Of a stretch of 64,000 bases of DNA, positions 36,401 to 48,222 are shown one piece after another. The notes beneath the pieces are model-generated. The model worked only from the letters and a program-made list of their open reading frames with translations. It was not told the DNA's origin and did not search any database. How positions within the stretch are numbered: position 1 is the first letter of the stretch; every line of letters starts with the position of its first letter. Origin of the DNA: Anaeramoeba ignava BMAN (lineage: Eukaryota > Protista > Anaeramoebae); NCBI GenBank assembly GCA_028826165.1, contig JAPDFW010000101.1, forward strand, positions 62,001-126,000, given 5' to 3'. The position numbers were made by a program, and so were the translations under genes.

Positions 36401-38456
36401 TATATTGCCAATATCTATTGAAATATTACTTGATGATTCTTGGCAAGCATAAGTTAAAATTGGTTGATTGTTTTCATCCAAACAAGTATTATTTGTTGGG
36501 TTTTGATTGCAAATACTGAGATAATATTTGTTTCCATAAGAATCAAAAACAGGTCCATTCATTGAATTATTTGATTCAAGAGGTTGTAAATTATAAGTGA
36601 TATTCAATTCATTAATTGTAAAAGTGCAGTTATGTGTATTGCATTCTGATGCTCCACTTTGTGAAGTTGTTCCAGGTCCGCAATCCAAACAAGATGTGCT
36701 TCCTGAATCTTTTGAAAATGTGTTTTCTTGGCAATCATAACATTTAGATAATCCTGTTTGATTTCCATATTGACCTGGTTTGCATAATGAGCAAAATGAT
36801 GAATTTCCTTCACTATAAGTTCCTTCTGGACAAATTTGGCAAGTATCTGCTCCTCCTTCTTGAGGAGAAACACCATGAATGATGATTTGATTTATTCTTG
36901 CGAAATCATTATTTGAATATGATCTATTTGGATAAGCCTTAAAAGTAAAAAAAAAAAAAGAGTTATTATTTTTAATTTTTGTTTAATAAATATTAATAAT
37001 TGAATTTTCTTTTTTCTTGAATATTTACTTTCCAAAAAATCCATCCAACAGTATGTTCACCAGAAGTTAAATTATATTCAACAACTTGATTTGTAATGTT
37101 TTTATCATACATTGAATAATAAACAACATTATCAATAAAGAAATTAAAACCACAATAAACTTGATAAGTTGTAACATTTTCACATTGTAAAGTGTAATTA
37201 AAAATAATATTTCCAGGATTTGATAAATTAATAAATTGAACAATAGAATTTTGTATAAAACCCAAATGACCAACACCTGAATCCAAATAATCGACCATTG
37301 GTCTCCATCCTGGATATCCGCATTCACCATAACAATCTGTATACATTTCATTTGGTAAATCAATAAAATTTGTGATATATTTCGCAATACTTGCTTTATG
37401 ACCTTCTTCACAAGGAGAGCATACTGATGAAGATTGATTTCTTTGAAATCCTTCTTGACAAAATTCGCACACACTATTATTCATAACACTTCCAGGATTG
37501 CAATCAGCACAAGAATATCCTGGTTCATCAGGTTTATCTGAAACATTCGAACAAATACTTGGTTCAATTAATCTCCATTTTTTTGTTCTTTTATTATTTT
37601 CACAATCTGAGAAATAAAATTGATAATCATCATCAGTGCAATTTTCTCTTTGAATACAATGATCTGCTCCTATATCAGAGTATTCAGTAGAATTACATTG
37701 CAAACATTGTTCAGATCCTTCTTTTGGTGAATAATAATTTCTTTCACAAATAAAACATTCACTTGATGTTGAAAAACTTGAATATCCTTTTGAACATAAT
37801 TCACATTGATTTGCTGAATAATTAATTCCAATTACTTTAATATATTCAATTTGAGCGCAATCCAAACCAGTAGAAATTGAAGAATCCTTGTGATAAACCC
37901 ATTCAAATTGGTGGATTCCACTTGATAAAAAAAATGAAACTGTTTGATATTCCAAAATGGATGATTCCAAATTAATTCTTGGGAATCCATCAATATAAAA
38001 AATAAAACCGTCTTTATTTTCTTGACTATTAACTTTATAAGAAAATTCAATTTTTCCATCTTTGTTTAAATAAACCCAATATTTCAAAATTGAATCAGTT
38101 GAATCAGTTCCAGAATTACCGCTTTTGATATAACTTCCTTCTGTTATCCATGATATACAATTATTTCCTGTGCAAGTTATTTGGAAATTTTCTGGTAAAG
38201 AAGTCCAATTATTGTATAAAATTCCTCCTCCAAGTGAATATGTTCCATTAGCACAATTAACACATGAATTATTTTCTTGGTTCAAGTATTGACCTTCATC
38301 ACAAATTTTTGGAAATGTTTCTTTTTATTTTATAAATATTTTAATAAATAATAAAAGAAAATTTTTAATTTAATTTTTTTTTAATTTAAAATTTTTTTTA
38401 CTTGAATTTATTAAATTTAAAAATAAAAAGAAATTTAAAAGAATTAAAACTTTCAT
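33455..38456 (-). CDS. ELAPOR/KIAA1324 (UPF0577)-like type-I membrane protein with Cys-rich ephrin-receptor-like repeats and two MRH (mannose-6-phosphate receptor homology) domains; exons 38456-38402, 38320-37029, 36937-33455 (~1609 aa)
   Basis: Signal peptide MKVLILLNFFLFLNLINS; CxxCxxGxYS repeats; KIAA1324-type motifs (GTYSLGGG, DYxxxYSDC, GWRxxxxYLDSG); MRH ends (CNFKFIWNTQYACPLCTERDY, YLEWRSQYGCRICLSSDY); TM; cytosolic YTQL sorting motif. Confidence 0.82.
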
Positions 38457-38566
38457 TTTAAAAATAGAAAAAGAAAAAAATGAAAAAAAAAATTTAAAAA
38501 CAAAAAAATTTTTTTTTCTTTTTTTTTTCGCTTAATTTATTTCTCAATTAAATGTAATATTTTTAA

Positions 38567-39262
38567 TCAATAACTTTGAAAGGAATCGAATTCGGATAAT
38601 GTCATGAATCGAAAACCTTTTTTCTTCAAATAAGGAATAGTATCATATAAAGTTTTAGGGGTCCATTTTCTATCGTGCAAAACGATAACTGAACCTGATT
38701 TAGTCAATAATTTAACATAAAGAGTATTTATCCAAGAAAATTGGATCTGTGGATCATGAGGGTACACATCACCAAGACACATTTTATAGCCGTGTTTGTT
38801 AGTGATATCGATCATTTCTTTGGTAAAATGACCGCCACCTGGTCTGATCCACTTTTTGGGAGGAATTTTATTAGTGAAAATTTGTTTGTCAACATTAATA
38901 AGTTGTTTCTCGAATTCCGTTATATCTAAAGAGACGCTTCTTTCGTCTCGTTGAAGATGATTTCCGATTTCATGACCTTTTTGTTTTATCTGATCAAAAA
39001 TGTGTTGATTTTTTTCTATATGATCTCCAATACAAAAAAAAGTAATTTTGATTTGATTTTCCTCTAAAATTTCTAGTATTTTTGGTGTAATTTCTGATGG
39101 TGCATCATCTATTGTTAAAGCGATTACTTTTTCTTGTGTTTCTTTAAACCATAAAACTTGAGGATATTTTCTTTTTATAATTCTCATAATCCATCTTGGT
39201 TTTAAATAAATTATTAAAACAATAATTAAAGAAATAAAAAATATAATTGAAAAAAGACCCAT
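38567..39262 (-). CDS. Membrane-anchored polysaccharide deacetylase (NodB / CE4 family), intronless
   Basis: N-terminal TM; motifs ALTIDDAP, GHEIGNH, WIRPGGG, GDVYPHD, VIVLHD, GFRFMTLSE. Confidence 0.9.
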   Translation of the reverse strand: MGLFSIIFFISLIIVLIIYLKPRWIMRIIKRKYPQVLWFKETQEKVIALTIDDAPSEITPKILEILEENQIKITFFCIGDHIEKNQHIFDQIKQKGHEIGNHLQRDERSVSLDITEFEKQLINVDKQIFTNKIPPKKWIRPGGGHFTKEMIDITNKHGYKMCLGDVYPHDPQIQFSWINTLYVKLLTKSGSVIVLHDRKWTPKTLYDTIPYLKKKGFRFMTLSEFDSFQSY

Positions 39263-39370
39263 TTTATATTAAATTAAAAAAAATGAAAAAATGAAAAAAA
39301 TTAAAAAAATTAAAAATTATTTTTTTCATTTTTTTCATTTTAAAATAATAATAAAAATAAAAATAAAAAA
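39263..39370. promoter_or_regulatory. Compact bidirectional promoter with mirror-image TTTTTCA (initiator-like) pairs
   Basis: AAATGAAAAAATGAAAAAAA (39281-39300) ... TTTTTTTCATTTTTTTCATTT (39320-39340) lies between the divergent deacetylase and RPB3 starts. Confidence 0.65.
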
Positions 39371-42300
39371 ATGAATGAAAGAAAATTTGATTCAACTCCT
39401 GAAATTCAAATATTAGAAATAGAAAGAGATTCAATAAAATTTAAACTTTCTAATGTTGATACAAGTTTTGCAAATGCTTTAAGAAGGATTATGATTGCTG
39501 AAGTCCCAACAATGGCTATTGATTTAGTTGAATTTGAAGTTAATACTTCTATTTTAAATGATGAGTTTCTTGCTCATCGTCTTGGTCTTATTCCTTTAAC
39601 AAGTTCTTCTGTTGATGAGTTCCGTTATACAAGAGTATATTTTTTTTTTAAATTCAAAATTCAAAACAAGATTTATAATTAAATTTATAACAGAATTTAT
39701 AATTAAATTTATAATTAAATTTATAATTAAATTTATAATTAAATTTATAACAGAATTTATAATTAAATTTATAATTAAATTTATAACAGAATTTATTTCA
39801 AAATTTATAATTAAATTTATAATTAAATTCATAATTAAATTTATAATTAAATTTATAATTAAATTTATAATTATATTTATAATTATATTTATAGTTAAAT
39901 TTATAATTAAATTTATAATTATATTTATAATTAAATTTATAGTTATATTTATAATTAAATTTATAATTATATTTATAATTAAATTTATAATTATATTTAT
40001 AATTAAATTTATAATTAAATTCATAATTAAATTTATAATTAAATTTATAATTAAATTTATATTAAAATTTATTTCAAAATTTATAATTAAATTCAAAACA
40101 AAATTCAAAACAAAATTTATAATTAAATTTATAATTAAATTTATATCAAAATTTATAATTAAATTTATAATAAAATTTATAATTAAATTTATAATTAAAT
40201 TTATAATTAAATTTATATTTAAATTTATAATTAAATTTATAATTAAATTTATATTAAAAAGGATTGTGATTGTGAATTAGATGATCCATGTGGAAAATGT
40301 TCTGTAATATTAAATTTAGATGTATGGAATAAATCATCAGGAGATCAAAGTATGGATAGAAATGCCAAAACAGATGCAGAAACACAACTTGTAACAAGTG
40401 ATCATCTTAAAAGTGCAGATCCAAGAGTTACTCCTGTTCATTCAATGGATGATGATCAAGATGATACTTCTCATAAAATTCTTATTGCTAAATTAGGTCC
40501 TGATCAAAGATTAAAATTTAAAGCTATTGCTAAAAAGGTTGATTTCATTATTTTTGGATGATTCATTGAAATTTAGAATGAAATTTATATCAAAATTTAT
40601 ATCAAAATTTATATTAAAATTTATATTAAAATTTATATCAAAATTTATATTAAAATTTATATTAAAATTTATATCAAAATTTATATTAAAATTTATTTCA
40701 AAATTTATATAAAAATTTATTTCAAAATTTATTTTAAAATTTATTTTAAAATTTATATTAAAATTTATATTAAAATTTATATTAAAATTTATATTAAAAT
40801 TTATTTCAAAATTTATTTTAAAATCGGATATAAAATTATTTTTAAAATTTATATTAAAATTTATTTCAAAATTTATATTAAAATTTATTTCAAAATTTAT
40901 TTCAAAATTTATTTTAAAATTTATTTCAAAATTTATATCAAAATTATTTCAAAATTTATATTAAAATTTATATTAAATTTATTTCAAAATTTATATCAAA
41001 ATTTATATTAAAATTTATTTCAAAATTTATATTAAAATTTATATTAAATTTATTTCAAAATTTATTTCAAAATTTATATTAAAATTTATATTAAAATTTA
41101 TTTCAAAATTTATTTCAAAATTTATATTAAAATTTATTTTAAAATTGGATATAAAATTATTTTTAAAATTTATATAAAATTTATATTAAAATTTATATTA
41201 AAATTTATATTAAAATTTATTTCAAAATTTATTTCAAAATTTATATTAAAATTTATATTAAAATTTATATTAAAATTTATTTCAAAATTTATTTTAAAAA
41301 TTTATTTCAAAATTTATTTCAAAATTTATTTCAAAATTTATTTCAAAATTTATATTAAAATTTATATTAAAATTTATTTCAAAATTTATTTCAAAATTTA
41401 TATTAAAATTTATTTTAAAATTGGATATAAAATTATTTTAAAATTTATATAAAAATTTATATTAAAATTTATATTAAATTTATTTTAAAATTTATTTCAA
41501 AATTTATTTCAAAATTTATATTAAAATTTATATTAAAATTTATTTCAAAATTTATATTAAAATTTGTTTCAAAATTTATATTAAAATTTATATTAAATTT
41601 ATATCAAAATTTATATCAAAAATTATTTCAAAATTTATATTAAAATTTATATTAAAATTTATTTCAAAATTTATTTCAAAATTTATTTTTAAAATTTATT
41701 TCAAAATTTATATTAAAATTTATATTAAAATTTATTTCAAAATTTATATTAAAATTTATATTAAAAATTTATTTAAAATTTATTTAAAAATTTATTTCAA
41801 AATTTATATTAAAATTATTTTAAAATTTATATTAAAATTTATATTAAAATTTATTTCAAAATTTATATTAAAATTTATATTAAATTTATATCAAAATTTA
41901 TATCAAAATTATTTCAAAATTTATATTAAAATTTATATTAAATTTATTTTAAAATTTATTTCAAAATTTATATTAAAATTTATTTAAAATTTATTTTAAA
42001 ATTTATATTAAAATTTATTTCAAAATTTATATTAAAATTTATATTAAAATTTATATTAAAAATTTATATTAAAATTTATATTAAAATTTATTTCAAAATT
42101 TATATTAAATTTATTTTAAAATTTATATCAAAATTTATATTAAAATTTATATTAAAATTTATATTAAAATTTATTTCAAAATTTATATTAAAATTTATAT
42201 TAAAAATTATATTAAAATTTATATTAAAATTTATTTCAAAATTTATTTCAAAATTTATTTCAAAATTTATATTAAAATTTATATTAAAATTTATATTAAA

Positions 42301-42989
42301 ATTTATATTAAAATTTATTTCAAAATTTATTTCAAAATTTATATCAAAATTTATATTAAAATTTATATTAAAATTTATATTAAAATTTATATTAAAATTT
42401 ATTTCAAAATTTATATAAAAATTTATATCAAAATTTATATTAAAATTTATTTTAAAATTTATTTCAAAATTTATTTCAAAATTTAAAAGGGATTCGGTCA
42501 AGAACATGCAAAATGGTCTCCTGTTTGTGTTGCAACTTATCGTTTTGTTCCCAAAATTAAAATTTCATATCAATCTCCAAATTCAGAAAAAACTCAATCT
42601 GCTTATTCAAAAATTGTTGATAGTTGTCCAGCAAGAGTATTTAAAATGAATCAAGACAGAATTGAAATTGAAAATGAAGATCGTTGCTTTTTTTGTGAAG
42701 AATGTACTAAAAAAGCAAATGAACTTGATGCAGGAATTAATATTGCAATCGAATCTGAACCAAATACATTCGTTTTTTCTGTTGAAGTAATTTATTTATT
42801 AAAAAAACAAAAACAAAAACAAAAAATTCATTTGCTTTTTTATTTATTTTTTTTTTTGTTGTTTTTTTTATTTAGTCAACTGGTGCTTTAAAACCAACAG
42901 AAATTGTTCTTTCTGCTTTAAGAATCCTTAAAGAAAAATTAAGAGCAATTCATGGAAGACTTCCAGAAGATAATGATCTTATTAGATAA
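39371..42989 (+). CDS. RPB3: RNA polymerase II subunit RPB3; exons 39371-39634, 40262-40537, 42490-42786, 42876-42989
   Basis: [33 protein letters not shown], Zn loop YTR|[18 protein letters not shown]|[16 protein letters not shown]|STGALKP. The Zn loop indicates RPB3 rather than AC40. Confidence 0.95.
39635..40261 (+). repeat. RPB3 intron 1 with 12-bp tandem repeat ATAATTAAATTT
   Basis: GT...AG boundaries restore the frame; the interior is tandem 12-mers. Confidence 0.92.
40538..42489 (+). repeat. RPB3 intron 2 with 12-bp tandem repeat ATATTAAAATTT/ATTTCAAAATTT
   Basis: GT...AG boundaries join AKK|GFG; ~1.9 kb of 12-mers. Confidence 0.92.
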
Positions 42990-43125
42990 TAAATTTTTAT
43001 TTGCTTTTCTTTTTTTTTTTTTAATTTGATTTAATTTGATTTAATTTGATTTACAAAAAAAAAAGTTCTTAAAATAATTCTTAATTTTCAAATATTTTTT
43101 TTATTTTGTTTTTGTTTTTGTTTTT

Positions 43126-45268
43126 TCATTTGTTTTTTCCTGTTTGAAGAGAATCAAATGATTTATGAATTTGATCTAATGAAATATCTGAATGTCGAAA
43201 AGAATAACTTGATTTAGTTAAAGTATTCTCCAAATCTTCAATAAACATATCCATAAGTTGAATCCAATTATCAAAAATATCGTCTTCAATTTGGGGATGA
43301 TTTGAATGATTTGAAGAATTAGAATTTGTTGAGATTTGATGTAATTTTTCAATCTTTGCTTGGATATTTGCAAGTGAACCAGATAAATCATTGATATTTC
43401 TATTCATTTTGGATTGATTTGAATAAGAAAAAAGAAAAGAAACAAGTAAAAAGGCGAACACAAGAAGAACAGCAACAAAACTAATTTGGAAAGTTTTTTC
43501 AATCGAAGAAGCAATAGTTGATTGGATTTGTGATTGTTGTTCAATTTGCATTTTATGGATTTCTTCCTGAGAAGGACCAGTTTTTTGGGGGATATTTTGA
43601 ACTTGAATTTGAGGATTCGGGAAAATTTCTTGAGGTGATTTTTGAGAAAGTAAATCTTGTTGTTGTAAATTATTATCGGATTCATTGGCGATTTGATTTT
43701 GAAGTTGATTTTGCAATTCAACAAATTTTTCGGTTTCTTGTTTTGCGGTGTCGATCCAATGTTTCATTGAAGTTCCATGAGCAGAAATTGATTTTTTCTC
43801 GATAATCTTTTTGAGAAGAACAGACTTGCGGAAAATGGTATCACAATAAATATGGATTGAAGTGGAATTTTCTGACACTTTTTTGATTTCGTGAATTGAA
43901 TAAACTGAAAAAGAATCACTGTAAGGTGCCTTAACAATATCATAATGGAATTCGACAAGAAACTCGTCTTCTGAGTAGAAAAACACTCTTTGGTGCTCCA
44001 CAACGTCTGCGGTTTTTTGAGACACAAAAGGCCCTCCATTGAGCGGGGTTGTATAAAGTATATCCCGTTTTGGAATTCTCTGGGGATCATCGAAGTTCCA
44101 TTCTTTCATCACCAAATTTGTGTTCTCAATTTTATCCATATATTGCTTCAAAAAAGTCTCGTTCTGGTGATACACAACTTGATAAACCACATCAAGCGGA
44201 GCTGGTACTGTTTCTGTCGTAACGTCCTTTGGTTTTGGTAAACTAATTGGAACGACGCTTTTTGGGATGAATGATGGAAGTTGTATTTTCTTCGGTGATG
44301 GTTTGATCGGTTCGGGTTGGATATTCAAGTTGGATTCCCGATCCGAATCAGAATCGAGGTTCAAATCATCTTTTTCTTGCTCATTATTTACCTCGTTTTC
44401 TTCGATTGTTTGTATTTCTTGCGCGGAATTTGGCTCAATGTTAATTTTGTTTTTCAATGGAATATTTTGATTTAAATTTTGATTTAAATTTTGATTTTTT
44501 GACTGAGAATTTGGATCTAAAATTTGGGATTTTGAATTTTCGGTTGAAAGATCAGTATTTGAAGTGTTCTTGCTAATAGAAGTATCGATAGAATCGTTAT
44601 TTTCAAGAATTCTTTTTTGGATCGCTTTTTCTTTATGAAGAGATTGGATAAATCTTTGGACATTGCGATTTTTTGTTTCGTTTTGGTCTTTAAATTGAGT
44701 TTGAGCAATTTTTATATTTTTAATCCATGAATTGAATTCGGATTTTTTGTCCGAAATGAATTTATGAGTTTCTTGATTGGTTTCTAATTGGAATTCAAAA
44801 CCCAAACTTGTATTTGCTTTATCCCGAATTTGTTTTAATTGAGCGTTTTGCAAATTAATTTTGATTTGATTTTCAGTTGATTTTAAATCCAAACAAACTA
44901 AATAATTATCTTCAATTGAAAAAGGTAAATTTTTCCATATTTTGTATTTCTCCTTCTGTTGTGTTGTTTTTGGAATAGGTTTTGTTTTACTTCGAGTCAG
45001 GTATTTTTGTTGTTTGATAGTTTTTGTATTCGTTTTTCAAATTACTTACATAATGAAGAAGGTTCCCGATTTTCAATATTTGTGTTGGAGCGTTTTTTCC
45101 TGTTATTTTTTCTTCTTTCAAATTGATTTGGTTTGGTTTTGAAGTTATAGCATTTCCCTTTGTGTTTGCTGGGTCTGTTTGTGTAGGTTCTACTTGAGAA
45201 TTTAGATTTGAGGTTGTTTCTGATTTCGGAATTTGGTTTTGAGAAGGATTTTCTGGAATTTTACTCAT
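43126..45268 (-). CDS. PH-domain + VASt (StART-like) + TM lipid-transfer protein (Lam/Ltc/GRAMD1-like); exons 45268-45050, 44955-43126
   Basis: Intron GTAAGT...CAG joins ILKIGNLLHY|KEKYKIWKNLPFSIEDNYLVC (PH, ending SEFNSWIKNIKIA). VASt motifs KAPYSDSFSVYS, DTIFRKSVLLKKIIEK; C-terminal TM FVAVLLVFAFLLVSFLF and coiled coil. Confidence 0.8.
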
Positions 45269-45343
45269 TAAGAAAAAAAAGTGAAAAAAAAAAATAAAAA
45301 AAAAAATTTTTCATTTTTTTTCTTTTTTAAAATTCTCAATATA

Positions 45344-47583
45344 ATGACTTCTGCACAAGAAGAAAAAGCAAATGATTTGTTTGAAAAAGCTCAAAAGAAA
45401 ATGAAGAGTTTTGTTTTTTATAGTTCTGAAATTAAGTTTGATGAAGCTCAAACAATGTTTATTAAAGCAGCAAATCTTTATAAAATTTTAAATAATTGTT
45501 GATAAACATTTTAAAAAATAAATATAAATCAAAATATAAATATAAATATAAATATAATTATAAATATAAATATAAATATAAATATAAATATAAATATAAA
45601 TATAAATATAAATATAAATTATATTTAAAATATAAAAAGGGGAAAAAGCTGGTGAATCTTTTTTAATGGCTTCAGAATGCCAAAAACAAATGAAAGACGA
45701 ATATTTAGTTGCTTCTCATTTATTGGATGCTGCTAAATGTTTTAGAAAAACAAATATAGATAGTATTTCTTTTTAAAATTTCAAATTTAAAATTAAAATT
45801 TAAAAAACGTTTTTTATTATTTTTTTTAGAATCAATTGAATTAATTGAAAAAGCTATTACAATTTATTTACAAATTGGTAAATTGAATTTAGTTGGAAAA
45901 TATTCACAAGATTTAGCTGAATTTTATGAAAAGAAGAAAGATTTTAAAAAAGCTATTGAATATTATAGAAAAGTAAATTCAAAAATAAATATTTAATTCC
46001 AAAATATTAAATTCAAAAATAATATAATATAATTTTTAAAGGCAGCTGATTTTTATGATACAGAAAATAATAAAGGGTTTGAAAAATAGAATATGAATCA
46101 AAATTTATTATTTATTAAAAATTATGAATTATTTGTTTTTTGGGAATAAATAAAAAGGGATGCACAACATTGTTTAGCAAAATTAGCTCCAATTTATGCA
46201 GATCTTGAAGAATATTCACAAGCAACTCAAATTTATGAAAATTTAGCTATGGAATATTTAGATAATCCTTCATTAAAATATTCAGTTCAAGAAATGTTTT
46301 TTATGGCTTGTTTATGTAGATTTTGTGAAGGAGTACAAATTTATTAACAGATTTATTGACAGATTTATTTATAAAATTAATTATAAAATTATTTATAAAA
46401 TTATTTATAAAATTATATATAAAATTATATATTAAATTATTAATAAAATTAAATATAAAATTAAATATAAAATTATTTATAAAATTATTTATAAAATTAT
46501 TTATAAAATTATTTATAAAATTATTTATAAAATTATTTATAAAATTATTAATAAAATTAATTATAAAATTATTTATAAAATTATTTATAAAATTATTTAT
46601 AAAATTATTTATAAAATTATTTATAAAATTATTTATAAAATTATTTATTAAATTATTTATAAAAATTATTTATTAAATTATTTATTAAAATTATTTATAA
46701 AATTATTTATAAAATTATTTATAAAATTATTTATAAAATTATTTATAAAATTATTTATTAAATTATTTATTAAATTATTTATAAATTATTTATAAAATTA
46801 ATTATAAAATTATTTATAAAATTATTTATAAAATTATTTATAAAATTAAATATAAAATTATTAATAAAATTAAATATAAAATTATTAATAAAATTATTTA
46901 TAAAATTAAATATAAAATTATTTTATAAAATTATTTATTAAATTATTTATTAAATTATTTATTAAATTATTTATAAAATTATTTATAAAATTATTTATAA
47001 AATTATTTATAAAATTATTTATAAAATTATTTATTAAATTATTTATAAAATTAATTATAAAATTATTTATAAAATTATTTATAAAATTAATTATAAAATT
47101 ATTTATAAAATTAAATATAAAATTATTAATAAAATTAAATATAAAATTATTAATAAAATTATTTATAAAATTATTTATAAAATTATTTATAAAATTAAAT
47201 ATAAAATTATTTATAAAATTATTTATTAAATTATTTATAAAATTATTTATAAAATTATTTATTTTAATAAAGGATTTAGAAGTAGCTCAATCTGCTTATG
47301 AAAGATATTTAGAACAAGATGTTATTTTTGCTTCTCATAAAAAAGCTAAATTAATAGAAGTAAAATTTTAAATTTTTTTGATTTATTTTAAAATTTATAA
47401 TAAAATTTATAATAAAAATAAAAAAAGGGTTTAATTAAAGTATTTGAAGAAGGAGATTTAGAAGCATTTTCAACTTTAATTTTTAATTACGATCAAGAAG
47501 CAAAATTAACTTTATTACAAACAACTTTATTATTAAGAATTAAAAAATTAATTACAACAAATCAAACAAAACAACTTTTATAA
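45344..47583 (+). CDS. SEC17: Alpha-SNAP / Sec17-family protein (~290 aa); exons 45344-45497, 45640-45762, 45830-45972, 46042-46076, 46158-46332, 47273-47359, 47428-47583
   Basis: Spliced product: KFDEAQTMFIKAANLYKILNNWEKAGESF...AIEYYRKAADFYDTE...YSQATQIYENLA...LKYSVQEMFFMACLC...TTLLLRIKK, matching the SNAP family in pattern and length. Confidence 0.9.
46333..47272 (+). repeat. alpha-SNAP intron 5 with 12-bp tandem repeat ATAAAATTATTT
   Basis: GT...AG boundaries; same unit as the calpain intron. Confidence 0.92.
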
Positions 47584-48222
47584 ATCAATTAAAACAAAAA
47601 GTTTTTTAAATTTCTTCTTTAAATCAATTTTCTTTTTTAAATCCATTTCTTTTTTTTTTAAATTTTTCATTTCAACTCGATTTTAAGTTTTAATTTTAAA
47701 ATTTAAATTAAAATTTAAAGTTAAAAATTTAATAAATTAAAAAAATAAGAAAAATTAATAATTTTTTTAAAAAATTAATAATAAATTTTTATTGACTTGG
47801 TGAAAAAAATTAATTTAAAAGATCAATTAAAAAATTTTTTTTTATTTTTTTTCTTTTTTTCTTTTTTTCTTTATTCTCTTTTTACTTTATTTTTTAAAAC
47901 AAACTTTAAAATCAAGAAACAAATTAATTTTTTAAATTAAAACTCAAAGATAGAGTTTTAATTTCAAATTTAAATTTTTCAGTTACTTTTAAACTTATTT
48001 TTTAAACTTACTTTTACTTTTAAAGACTTTTTTTCCTTTTTTTTAATTGTTTGATCATCTTTTATTATTTTTTTTTTTATTTATTTTTGATTATTTTATT
48101 AACAACAAAAAAACAAACACAAAAAAAAACCGTTCTTAATTATTATTTTAAAATCAATTTAAAAAAAAAAATCAAATCAGAATTTATTTACTCCTTTCAA
48201 AAAAAATAACAATAATTCTTCT

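Noticed and set aside
39371-42989. Intein or self-splicing intron in RPB3
   Set aside because: The insertions are GT-AG introns of simple repeats, with no Hint (C...HN) or homing-endonuclease sequence.
43126-45268. Higher GC suggesting a horizontally acquired island (also 13427-14899 and 57377-59100)
   Set aside because: These encode typical eukaryotic domains, two have spliceosomal introns, and GC simply appears higher inside long exons.
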